DNA of 64,000 nt from an uncultured cyanobacterium. Its GTDB lineage: Bacteria > Cyanobacteriota > Cyanobacteriia > Phormidesmidales > Phormidesmidaceae. The position numbers were made by a program, and so were the translations under genes. The notes beneath the pieces are model-generated. The model searched no databases, was not told the DNA's origin, and saw only the letters and a list, made by a program, of their open reading frames with translations. The stretch lies in assembly GCA_963793265.1 (NCBI GenBank), contig CAWBZI010000002.1, forward strand, positions 448,001 to 512,000, in the 5' to 3' direction. Below, in pieces: positions 42,806 to 51,950 of the stretch. Positions within the stretch are counted from its first letter, which is position 1, and every line of letters begins with the position of its first letter.

Positions 42806-43984
42806 ATGGAACCGAAAAGCTACCAGGAATACGTTGTCGGTGTGATGACGATGGACGTGGAGGGCAAAAACTCTGAGCGCTTTCTTGACTATGTGACTAA
42901 AGCTATCGGCAATTTTGAGCTTGCGCTTAAAGAATCGCTCTGTGTTCGTGTAGAGATGCTTTCTTTTGAAGGGCCACATCTAATGCCAACCGCCGGAGCC
43001 TATGCGCCGCTCGATTTCTTGCACATCGGCATGACCGAAAAGATAGAGCGGGGCGTGCACTTTTTGCTTATTATCACCGAAGTTGACTTATCAGCAGCTT
43101 CGTTCAGCTCTACGCTAGCACTACCTAGCCAGCTTACGAATGTTGGCATTATCTCAACAAAACGCCTCAACCCTACGTTTTGGGGCGGCTCGGAAGATAA
43201 GCCGCTGACTGTACGTCGTTTAGAAACGCTGCTGCTCCGTACGTTTAGCTGCCTGCTAAATCTCTCTTATTCTAAACATCCGCAAAACATCATGTATGAC
43301 TTTGTAGCGGTAGAAGATCTTGCCCAGATGGTTCACTTTACAGACCGTCAGCGCCAGCAGATGCAGCGCGCGCTGCCTCGGGAGGCTCACGAAAGAACGA
43401 GTCGGCGGAATCGATGGCGGTTTGTTCTGGCTACTTTGTTTAGAGACCAAAAGAGTATTGCGATCGCTGTTATCCGAGCCAATCCTTTTCGCCTGCTCAC
43501 CCGCCTGCCGACGATGATTACCGCAGCGCTCTCCACTATTATCTTTTTATTTTTTACCCCTGATATGTGGGACGTTGCCAGCACAGTTGAACTCTATCAG
43601 CTCATTGTATTTTCTATCATTGCGATCGCTGCTGCCACCGCTGCGCTATACCGGGCCTTTGCCTTTGGCGACATTCTTAGCCGCCGCCGAATGCTAGCAG
43701 AATCAACCGTTGTGACAAGTGCGGCCACGATTGTAAGCCTGCTGCTCACGATGTCTCTACTGTTTACCATTTTCATGAGCTTCCTCTACTTAGGCACCGT
43801 TACTATTTTTCCGCGCAAGCTCATGGAAACCTGGCCCACGGTAGATCCTGCGGTACGCACTATAGATCATATAAAGCTGAGCATATTTGTAGCGGCTTTG
43901 GGAGTACTAGCCGGTTCTCTCGGCGGGCGAGCCGATAGTAATGGGCTCATACGCGGCGTTCTTTTTGTTGATGAAGAGACGTAG
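42806..43984 (+). CDS. Hypothetical protein: metzincin-like soluble domain + multi-TM C-terminus
   Basis: LLLRTFSCLLNLSYSKHPQNIMY segment; four hydrophobic helices at the C-terminus. Confidence 0.6.
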   Translation: MEPKSYQEYVVGVMTMDVEGKNSERFLDYVTKAIGNFELALKESLCVRVEMLSFEGPHLMPTAGAYAPLDFLHIGMTEKIERGVHFLLIITEVDLSAASFSSTLALPSQLTNVGIISTKRLNPTFWGGSEDKPLTVRRLETLLLRTFSCLLNLSYSKHPQNIMYDFVAVEDLAQMVHFTDRQRQQMQRALPREAHERTSRRNRWRFVLATLFRDQKSIAIAVIRANPFRLLTRLPTMITAALSTIIFLFFTPDMWDVASTVELYQLIVFSIIAIAAATAALYRAFAFGDILSRRRMLAESTVVTSAATIVSLLLTMSLLFTIFMSFLYLGTVTIFPRKLMETWPTVDPAVRTIDHIKLSIFVAALGVLAGSLGGRADSNGLIRGVLFVDEET

Positions 43985-44322
43985 TATTTTTTAACGAAAC
44001 CGTCGGGAAATTCGCCGCTCAGTTTCCGATATTACAATAAGGGTTTGCAGCAAACGAGATTCGACATTTCCGAAAGGCTGCTCGCAAACTCTCAGCGGAA
44101 CTTCGGAAACTCACCGAGGTGTGTGCATTTGAATAACATACCGTTTGTAGTTGCGCTATTTGTAGTTGTGCTCACAATGGTGCATAGCAGTGCTATGCAC
44201 TTGCATTTATCGGCGGTGTTGACGTAGAGGTTTGACACTACTGTGCCCTAGTACGTGGTCATCGCCAAGCGCTCAGCCTACCCTAACCTTCAAGCCTGCC
44301 TCAGCGTTCCATCACATTCCAC

Positions 44323-44351
44323 TTGACGGCAGCAGAAAATCAGATTATCGT
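44323..44351 (+). promoter_or_regulatory. Sigma70-type promoter of structured leader, copy 2
   Basis: TTGACG-17 nt-TATCGT. Confidence 0.6.
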
Positions 44352-44357
44352 CAGTTC

Positions 44358-44552
44358 TAAGCTGTGATGCCTATCACAGTCGTTCTCACCAGAACTCGAT
44401 TTCACTCAGCACTATCGATAGGTGCGGCAAACACCTACCGATAGCTAACCCCCGGACTACCAGTCAGTCTCGGCGGCTAGAGTCACTTTACTCTAGCCAC
44501 CCCGATTTGCACTACATTTTCGCGGGGTGGCTTAGTTTAGTGGAGTTCTGGT
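44358..44552 (+). ncRNA. Putative structured leader RNA/attenuator, copy 2
   Basis: Same hairpin order as 28080-28275 with compensatory changes. Confidence 0.6.
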
Positions 44553-44587
44553 TTCCTACCCAACCCAACATCTGGAAACCAGAAACA

Positions 44588-44833
44588 ATGCTCATTTCAT
44601 CTAGTCCAGACGCCTTCGCGTCCACCGTTCCCCCTGTCGGCAATTCCTCATTCCGCCCAGAAGACAGCCCTGAAGTCACTCACACCATACGCGGCACCCT
44701 TCGCGCCGTCCAAGCCACTATCCACACCCTATTCAGGCTCAACTACGCCGAGCCCAACGACTGGAGCAAACCCATCCCCACCGGACGAAATAACGAAGTC
44801 ATGGTCGTGTTGACCCGGCGCGTTAGAGGGTAG
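44588..44833 (+). CDS. Small hypothetical protein (frame open back to 44507)
   Basis: HTIRGTLRAVQATIHTLFRLNYAEPNDWSKPIPTG..EVMVVLTR. Confidence 0.65.
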   Translation: MLISSSPDAFASTVPPVGNSSFRPEDSPEVTHTIRGTLRAVQATIHTLFRLNYAEPNDWSKPIPTGRNNEVMVVLTRRVRG

Positions 44834-44921
44834 AAGCAAATAAAAAACCAAAACACCCCACAAACCCGCACAATGAAGAGTTCGTCCTCCGAACCCTTGG
44901 AAATTGTCCGGCTGTTTGTTT

Positions 44922-45779
44922 ATGCTACTCGTCAGAAAAAAGATTGATTACGTTTTAATTGTTGGAGTTTTGCTAATTTTCGCGGCTGATGTCGCCGTAT
45001 TTTGCAAGAGTTCTTCACTCCTCGGCCCGCTTGCATGGGCCATCTTCAGCCTCAACATCAAAGGCTGGATTTGCGCCTGGAACCACCACCATCAGCACTG
45101 TAGCTTTTTCCCCCGGCTAAGCTGGGCCAATCGCGCCATCGAGCTAATTATGGGGCTACATACCGGCATCGTCGGTGAAGCCTGGGTTTTGCACCATACG
45201 CTCGGCCATCACCTCAACTACTTAGATCAGGCCAAAGACGAATCTGCCTGGCAAAACAGCCATGGGCAGACGATGACAAGGCTGATATACACGCTAAAAG
45301 TAACGCTGCTCGCCTATCCCCTAGCGCTAAAAGTCGGCAAGCGCCATCCCAAAATCAGGCAGCGGCTATTGCAGAACATCATCATGACATCACTGGTGCT
45401 GAGCCTGCTGCTGTGGATAAACTGGGCAAACGCACTGATTATCTTTGTGTTGCCGATGCTGTTTCTGTTGTTCATGACGGTGTATGTCACCTACGACCAT
45501 CACGCCGGACTAGATAGTGAAAACCTCTACGAAGCAACCTACAACGTCACCGATCGCTGGTACAACTTCTTCACCTGCAATCTGGGCTACCACACCGCGC
45601 ACCATCTCCAATATGGCCGTCACTGGAGCGAGCTGCCCCAGCTACACGAAGAGATTAAAGACAAAATTCCGCCAGCGCTATATTTAGAGGCAGATTTTCC
45701 CTTTTCGCTGATGACCAAAGTAGAGAATGTGCTGGCGCAGCAGCGGCTAAGACTTCGCACCCGCCAAAGCCGTTCGTAG
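44922..45779 (+). CDS. Membrane fatty-acid desaturase family protein
   Basis: His boxes HHHQH, HHTLGHH, YHTAHH. Confidence 0.85.
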   Translation: MLLVRKKIDYVLIVGVLLIFAADVAVFCKSSSLLGPLAWAIFSLNIKGWICAWNHHHQHCSFFPRLSWANRAIELIMGLHTGIVGEAWVLHHTLGHHLNYLDQAKDESAWQNSHGQTMTRLIYTLKVTLLAYPLALKVGKRHPKIRQRLLQNIIMTSLVLSLLLWINWANALIIFVLPMLFLLFMTVYVTYDHHAGLDSENLYEATYNVTDRWYNFFTCNLGYHTAHHLQYGRHWSELPQLHEEIKDKIPPALYLEADFPFSLMTKVENVLAQQRLRLRTRQSRS

Positions 45780-45819
45780 ATTGCCATCGTGCTCATCTAG
45801 CGCGTTAATAGATGCACTT

Positions 45820-45858
45820 AATAAACCTATTTTGGGATAATCCGAAAATAGGTTTATT
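45820..45858. promoter_or_regulatory. Double operator (C-box-like) upstream of the controller gene
   Basis: aataaacctattttgggat-a-atccgaaaataggtttatt, a 19-bp inverted repeat with one mismatch. Confidence 0.7.
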
Positions 45859-45891
45859 TTATTTGAGCAAATACTGTGCTGAGAAAGCACG

Positions 45892-46155
45892 ATGAAGTCT
45901 ATTTTTAGTCTGGAACATAGTGCATTTCGTAAGTGCATGGTCATAGCCCGAAAGGAAGCTAATTTGACCCAGGCAGCGCTCGCTAGTGCGATTAAAAAGC
46001 CTCAGTCTTTCGTTGCGAAATATGAAAACGGCGAAAGAAGACTAGATGTGATCGAATTTATCGTTATTACTCACGCAATCGGCGTAGATCCTTGTGAAAT
46101 TGTACGAAAAGTCGAGCAGTCTCTTCGTACCACATCCGGCGAAGGAGAGATGTGA
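45892..46155 (+). CDS. XRE-family HTH, RM controller (C) protein-like
   Basis: ARKEANLTQAALA..KPQSFVAKYENGERRLDVIEF; overlaps the next gene (GTGA). Confidence 0.85.
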   Translation: MKSIFSLEHSAFRKCMVIARKEANLTQAALASAIKKPQSFVAKYENGERRLDVIEFIVITHAIGVDPCEIVRKVEQSLRTTSGEGEM

Positions 46156-47069
46156 ACACACCAGAAGTCATCAGGCTAGCAACTCAATACTTAAACGATT
46201 TATCTGGTCATACGTTCGACGTATTGAGTATTTCTAAACCCATTTCCCCCAATGCCGCCGTTAACCTCGCCAAAGTAATTTCTAAGCTGTCACCCCTGCT
46301 AGGAAACTTGATTGAATTTAACACGGTTGAATTTCTAAATCAGCAAGAAATATTTACGCCTTTCGGGGAATGGAGAAGGCAGGATCCTGGATTTCCAGAT
46401 GCCGTGTTCATCGGCAACGTGCAACCTACACCAGGGTTAGAAATAAAAGCGTGGTTCCCATTGGCTACTGAAATAACAGCCCGCTTCAAAGATAGTCAGA
46501 ATCACTTTCAATTCGATCAAACATACGTTGTACTGCTAGCTTGGTTGCCTGAAGCCGTAATCTATAAAAGGCCCAAAATCCTGGATGTGTGCGTCGTGTC
46601 TGGTCACTCAATAGCAAAAGCAAGAGATGATCACTACCACAATCCCCCTGATTATCTGGTGCTTGAACCAGAGGACACAACCCAGAGAACGCAAAACTTA
46701 CAGCAAACAAATACCAGCGGACATAAGTTTCAAGGAACAAATAAGGAATTTTTAGAGGCTAATAGAATAGTTGAATCTTGGGGCAGCGACGGAAAAGCTT
46801 ATAAGCCCACACGAGAGTACCAAGAACGCTTACGAGAACTTATCACTCGCTTCAGGTACAGATTAGACACTAATTTCGCAAAGATGGACAGAATCAAGCA
46901 TCCAGAAATTGAAACCTTCAAAAGGCGCGTCTCTAGAACAGAGTTTTCTGGCTTAGAAGTTAGAGAATGGAGAAAACTTTTAGCAAGCCGACAGGATGAT
47001 TTAATCAAATCCGCACTGAGAGAACATCTCAAAATCAGAGAAGAGAGCGTTGATGAGCTACTTGATTAA
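46152..47069 (+). CDS. Putative type II restriction endonuclease
   Basis: GNLIE...QDPGFPD...LEIKAW (PD-ExK); between a controller and a DNA MTase. Confidence 0.7.
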   Translation: MNTPEVIRLATQYLNDLSGHTFDVLSISKPISPNAAVNLAKVISKLSPLLGNLIEFNTVEFLNQQEIFTPFGEWRRQDPGFPDAVFIGNVQPTPGLEIKAWFPLATEITARFKDSQNHFQFDQTYVVLLAWLPEAVIYKRPKILDVCVVSGHSIAKARDDHYHNPPDYLVLEPEDTTQRTQNLQQTNTSGHKFQGTNKEFLEANRIVESWGSDGKAYKPTREYQERLRELITRFRYRLDTNFAKMDRIKHPEIETFKRRVSRTEFSGLEVREWRKLLASRQDDLIKSALREHLKIREESVDELLD

Positions 47070-48123
47070 ACCTCTTAACGCCATAATAGAAGTAGGTTTC
47101 GTCGATTTCACAGGCATAAGCTTTGCGGTTGAGCATATTAGCCGCCAAAGAAGCACTAAAAAGCCCACCAAATGGCTCCCAAACAACGTCTTGGTCACTG
47201 CTCGACGCCTCAATGATCAGTTTCATCAAATCAAGCGGCTTTTGGTTTAGATGAACTGCCTTACCCTCAACAGATTTGATTCGTTCGTCGCTGCGTAAAG
47301 CGGATCGATCCCAGACGTTGGTAAAGCCATGCGGACAATCAAACTTAGAGCGCATCTTTCCCCACTCTTCACCCGTCAATGGCCGCTCACCATCTACAGA
47401 AAAGTAAGGTTTGCTATCTGGTTTGCCATGCTCGTTCGCATAGGCAACTAATCTCTCGAACATTTCAATGGGCGGAAAATACCACAGATGCCCTTGAGTA
47501 AAATACTTCCTCGTTGCGGCATCTGCTACACCACAAGCCAAATTAGCTCTACATAAAGGCAAACCTGATCTTAACCATTCCTTTCGCAGCCATTCCTTAA
47601 GCATCAGGCCATCAAGCTTGACTTCTCTGACATATTGAACGCAAACCTCGGTAACGACTGGGAAGCGCCTTATTTTCTTTGTATTGACATTGCCCGCAAT
47701 ATGGCCTTTTCCCTTATTCCATATATTGCAGTTGACATAGCGCCAACCAAATTTCTCAAGTATTGGATGAACTGTAGCCCACCCGATCTCCGAATTCCAA
47801 AACCAAAGCGTTGTAGCAGGCAGTGCAAATCTCGACCAAGATTCTATGTGAGGCTCGTACCACTCAGGCAGGTCAAAATGATCTGACGTATCACCTTCAA
47901 ACCCCAGAATGCCATATCCACCGTCTGAGACTATTACCGTAGGCCGTTCCCAAAATTTATAGTGCTCAATGCTATCGCCCAAACTCAAGCTAACGTTGCT
48001 GTTATCCCAAGCAGAAAAAGCAAGCTCTTTATTAAGACAGACAGATTTACCACGTCCAACTGTACTTGTTGCTTTATTCTTTTTTGCCTTCGATAGGCTA
48101 TGGGAAGGCTTAAGCAAACTCAT
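47035..48123 (-). CDS. Amino (N4-C/N6-A) DNA methyltransferase, beta class
   Basis: GDS, IVSDGGYG (motif IV variant), IWNK, HLNQKPLDLM, VWEPFGG (motif I), CEID. Confidence 0.88.
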   Translation of the reverse strand: MSLLKPSHSLSKAKKNKATSTVGRGKSVCLNKELAFSAWDNSNVSLSLGDSIEHYKFWERPTVIVSDGGYGILGFEGDTSDHFDLPEWYEPHIESWSRFALPATTLWFWNSEIGWATVHPILEKFGWRYVNCNIWNKGKGHIAGNVNTKKIRRFPVVTEVCVQYVREVKLDGLMLKEWLRKEWLRSGLPLCRANLACGVADAATRKYFTQGHLWYFPPIEMFERLVAYANEHGKPDSKPYFSVDGERPLTGEEWGKMRSKFDCPHGFTNVWDRSALRSDERIKSVEGKAVHLNQKPLDLMKLIIEASSSDQDVVWEPFGGLFSASLAANMLNRKAYACEIDETYFYYGVKRFNQVAHQRSLL

Positions 48124-48170
48124 GTACTCTTCCTTTTATTTTTCAAGCATATATGTAAGTGCCTGCATCT

Positions 48171-48187
48171 TATCCTATTTTGGGATA
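48171..48187. promoter_or_regulatory. Single operator (C-box-like) upstream of the methyltransferase
   Basis: tatcctattttgggata; the 14-mer cctattttgggata is identical to 45826-45839. Confidence 0.7.
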
Positions 48188-48224
48188 TTTCATTTTTACG
48201 TAAGCTACATGGCGGCTATTGAGC

Positions 48225-49136
48225 TTATTTCGATTCACCAGCGCTTGCCAGAGCCAATCGCAGATTTCCATCGTGCTTAGCCAAAACGTCCTCAGCCGTA
48301 GCTTTGCTAAGACCGGCTAAGTGCATCACCAGCGCAACTTTTACCTGTAGGTCGCTTTTGTCTAGCAGTGAACCTGCGGCCTCACGATCTAGCTCGGTGA
48401 GATCGCAAAGGATGCGGATGGCGCGATCGCGTAACTTCGTATTCGTCACCGCCACATCCACCATCCGATTCCCATACACCTTCCCCAGCTTCACCATCAC
48501 CCCAGTAGACAAAATATTCAGCGCCAGCTTCGTCACCGTCCCCGCCTTCAGCCGCGTCGAACCCGCCAGCACCTCCGGCCCCACAATCAGCCGAATATCC
48601 ACATCCACATCCGCACCCACCTGATCGGCAGGCACACAGGCAATAAAAACCGTCCCGGCCCCACACTGCTTTGCCGCCTTCAGCGCCCCGTGCACATAGG
48701 GCGTCGTGCCGCCCGCCGTAATGCCAACGACCACATCGCGCCGGGTAATTTTATGATCAAAAATCGCCTCCGCACCGCTATCAGCCTCATCTTCTAAAGC
48801 CTCAGAGCTACGCAACAAAGCCGCCGCCCCACCTGCCAAAATGCCTTGCACCATCTCAGGCGGCGTACAAAAAGTAGGCGGGCACTCAGCCGCATCAAGC
48901 ACACCTAAGCGCCCGCTCGTGCCTGCCCCGATATAAAAGAGGCGTCCGCCTTCTCGCATAGAGGCGGCGGCTAGGTTAATAGCCTGGGCGAGATGGGTGC
49001 GGGCATGGGCGATCGCATCCACCGTCCGCTGATCTTCTTTATTAAACACATCCACCATTTCCAAGGTAGATAGCTCATCCAAATTTTGGCTATTAGGATT
49101 GTTTTGCTCCGTCAGCAGATGCCCGCGATTTTTCAT
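48225..49136 (-). CDS. murQ: N-acetylmuramic acid 6-phosphate etherase
   Basis: GAGTSGRLGVLDAAECPPTF, GPEVLAGSTRLKAGT, GKVYGNRMVDV. Confidence 0.97.
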   Translation of the reverse strand: MKNRGHLLTEQNNPNSQNLDELSTLEMVDVFNKEDQRTVDAIAHARTHLAQAINLAAASMREGGRLFYIGAGTSGRLGVLDAAECPPTFCTPPEMVQGILAGGAAALLRSSEALEDEADSGAEAIFDHKITRRDVVVGITAGGTTPYVHGALKAAKQCGAGTVFIACVPADQVGADVDVDIRLIVGPEVLAGSTRLKAGTVTKLALNILSTGVMVKLGKVYGNRMVDVAVTNTKLRDRAIRILCDLTELDREAAGSLLDKSDLQVKVALVMHLAGLSKATAEDVLAKHDGNLRLALASAGESK

Positions 49137-49142
49137 AAGTAA

Positions 49143-49520
49143 TTACAGTAGGTTTTCCAACTGGCGACGAATGCGATCCATCTCATCATCAGCCGCCGTA
49201 TCTTTAGCGTCTTTCTCACCGGGTTTCGCCTCGGGGCTCCACGTCGTTTCTTCTACCATGTTTTCAACCGGCGTCACGAGCTGCCCTTCAGGAATAAAAA
49301 CCGGCTCGTAGCCAGCATCCGCACAAATCTCCTCAATCTCTTCTCGATCAATCGACTCAATCGTGGGTGTCGGGCTATCTTGCGCCTCCAGCAAAATGCC
49401 AAAGCGAATCGCGTCATCCTCCGACTCGAACATAAGCACCTGCTGCTGATCGCCAATGCGAATCGAATGAATCCCCTCGTTATCGGTACCCACATTAAAC
49501 AAAACAACGTAGACAGACAT
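49143..49520 (-). CDS. DUF3110 family protein
   Basis: VYVVLFNVGTDNEGIHS, VLMFESEDDA, LLEAQD, RIRRQLENLL. Confidence 0.85.
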   Translation of the reverse strand: MSVYVVLFNVGTDNEGIHSIRIGDQQQVLMFESEDDAIRFGILLEAQDSPTPTIESIDREEIEEICADAGYEPVFIPEGQLVTPVENMVEETTWSPEAKPGEKDAKDTAADDEMDRIRRQLENLL

Positions 49521-49672
49521 CAGCACTAACTTAAATATGAAGTCATGACATTTTAGAGGATATAAGCGCCGATTACTCACGCCCGTTGAACGCATGTTCC
49601 GCTTGGGCGAGCTTCTGTAATAATGGGAAGGTTTTCACGAACTGTATCTGGCACTTACCCACCAGCGCTCCT

Positions 49673-51820
49673 ATGGCTACGTTTTTATTAGAAGTCGGTA
49701 CCGAAGAACTCCCGGCAAGCTTTGTCAGTGCGGCGCTGGCCCAGTGGCGCGAAAAGCTGCCCGCAGCGCTAGAAGAGAACTTCTTAAAGAACGATGGCAT
49801 CAAACTTTACGGTACGCCGCGCCGCCTAGCCGTGTTGATTAGTGGCCTACCTGAGCGCCAGCCCGACCGTGAGGAAGAGGCTAAGGGGCCACCGGCTAAG
49901 GCGGCTTTTAAAGATGGTAAGCCGACGAAAGCAGCAACCGGGTTTGCCGCGTCTAGAGGCGTAAGCATCGAAGATTTGGAAGTTCGCGATACGGGCAAAG
50001 GCGAGTTTATTTTTGTGCAGCAAAAGATTCCAGGGCGGGCGACTGCTGAGCTATTGCAGGAAATGGTACCGGATTGGATTTTGGGGCTAGAAGGTGATCG
50101 CTTTATGCGCTGGGGCGATGGCGAGCTAAAGTTTCCCCGGCCTATTCGCTGGCTGGTCACGCTGCTAGATAGTGAGCTGCTGCCGGTGACGATTGAGAAT
50201 GGATCTGAGGTATGCCAGAGCGATCGCACCTCCGAAGGCCACCGCGTTTTACATCCCGAACCCATCAGTCTCACTCAAGCTGACGACTACGTATCAGCAC
50301 TCGAAAAAGCCTACGTCAGCGTCGATCCTGCTAAGCGTCGTGAAACCATTTTGCAGCAGGTCGCCAGGGTCGCTAAATCTGTGAAAGGTCACGCGGTTGT
50401 TGATGAAGATCTGCTGTCAGAAGTGATAGATCTGGTGGAATGGCCCACGGCTATTGTCGGCAAGTTTGACGACGAGTTTTTAGCGCTGCCTGCTCAGGTC
50501 ACGATTACTGAACTGGAAAGCCACCAGCGCTACTTTTCAGTGCGACCTTCAGCCGACTCAGATCAGCTACTGCCCTACTTTATTACCGTCTCTAACGGCG
50601 ATCCAGCTAAGTCTGAGCTGATTACGCAAGGCAATGAGCGCGTAATTAGAGCCCGACTTTCTGACGGTAAATTCTTTTATGAGGCCGACCGCAAGCAGCC
50701 CCTTTCAGACTACGTGCCGCAGCTTGAAACGGTGACTTTTGAAGCAGAACTGGGCTCAGTTTTAGATAAGGTAAACCGCGTTATTCAGGTAGCCGATCTC
50801 CTCAGTGACCAGCTCGGGCTTAGCGCTGAGCAAAAGCAGCAGGCGGCTCGGGCGGCGAAGCTGTGTAAGGCTGACTTGGTGACGAAGATGGTGAATGAGT
50901 TTCCTGAGCTTCAGGGCTACATTGGGCAAAAGTACGCGATCGCCTCTCAAGAGCCCACCGCCGTAGCCGACGCCATCTACGAACACTATCTCCCCAAAGG
51001 CGCGGGCGACACCCTCCCCCAAACCCGCATCGGTCAGGTCGTCGGCATCGCAGACCGACTCGACACCCTAGTCGGCATCTTCAGCATCGGCAAGCTCCCC
51101 AAAGGCTCCTCCGATCCCTTCGCCCTACGCCGCGCGGCCAACGCCATCGTCAGCATTGTTTGGGTTGCGGGGCTGGATTTGAACTTGCAGCAGGCTATTA
51201 CGCAAATCGTCGAAAGCTTCGCTGCTAGCCGCACAGGTGTAAAAGTGAGTGAGCTAACCGCCCAGCTTACAGACTTCTTTCAGCAGCGAGTTCGTACCCT
51301 TTTGCAAGACGGGCAAAGCATTGATTACGACCTGGTGAATGCCGTTTTTAGTGAAGACGAAGACTATCAGGCACGGGCGCTGATGGATTTGTTGGATGTA
51401 CGCGATCGCGCCACCTTCCTTCAAACCATCCGCAACGACGGACGCCTCGCCACCGTCTACGAAACCGTCAACCGCGCCTCCAAACTCGCCACCAAAGGCG
51501 ATCTCTCCACCGAACCACTCGATCCCAAAGGTCTTGTCGATCCCAACCTTTTCGAGCAGCCCTCCGAGCAAGCCTTTTACGACAGCCTGACTCAGCTTGT
51601 GCCCCAAACCCAATCAGCCCAGGCCGAAAGAGACTACAGCAAACTCATCGCCGGACTCGAACAAATCGTCCCCACCGTCACCGCCTTCTTTGACGGTGAC
51701 ACCAGCGTCATGGTCATGGCCGAAAATCCTGACATTCGCCAAAACCGCTTAAACCTGATTAGCCTGCTCCGCAACCATGCCCGCGTCCTCGCTGACTTCA
51801 GCGAAATCGTCAAAAGCTAG
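49673..51820 (+). CDS. glyS: Glycine-tRNA ligase beta subunit
   Basis: [55 protein letters not shown]. Confidence 0.97.
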   Translation: MATFLLEVGTEELPASFVSAALAQWREKLPAALEENFLKNDGIKLYGTPRRLAVLISGLPERQPDREEEAKGPPAKAAFKDGKPTKAATGFAASRGVSIEDLEVRDTGKGEFIFVQQKIPGRATAELLQEMVPDWILGLEGDRFMRWGDGELKFPRPIRWLVTLLDSELLPVTIENGSEVCQSDRTSEGHRVLHPEPISLTQADDYVSALEKAYVSVDPAKRRETILQQVARVAKSVKGHAVVDEDLLSEVIDLVEWPTAIVGKFDDEFLALPAQVTITELESHQRYFSVRPSADSDQLLPYFITVSNGDPAKSELITQGNERVIRARLSDGKFFYEADRKQPLSDYVPQLETVTFEAELGSVLDKVNRVIQVADLLSDQLGLSAEQKQQAARAAKLCKADLVTKMVNEFPELQGYIGQKYAIASQEPTAVADAIYEHYLPKGAGDTLPQTRIGQVVGIADRLDTLVGIFSIGKLPKGSSDPFALRRAANAIVSIVWVAGLDLNLQQAITQIVESFAASRTGVKVSELTAQLTDFFQQRVRTLLQDGQSIDYDLVNAVFSEDEDYQARALMDLLDVRDRATFLQTIRNDGRLATVYETVNRASKLATKGDLSTEPLDPKGLVDPNLFEQPSEQAFYDSLTQLVPQTQSAQAERDYSKLIAGLEQIVPTVTAFFDGDTSVMVMAENPDIRQNRLNLISLLRNHARVLADFSEIVKS

Positions 51821-51950
51821 CCCCGAATAACTGCTTACATACCTTACTTATGCAGATCTATAAATAGGCACAAAAACTAGGCACAAAGTCTTGTACAATC
51901 GCGGCTTAGTATACGTGCGAGTGTACTTCTCTCATCCGGTTAAAGCCTCT

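Noticed and set aside
43990..44240. Short repeats (tttccga/tcggaaa, tttgtagttg x2, tgcatagca palindrome) and a 60-aa ORF
   Set aside because: Too short and irregular to distinguish from chance; the ORF has no RBS or recognisable motif.
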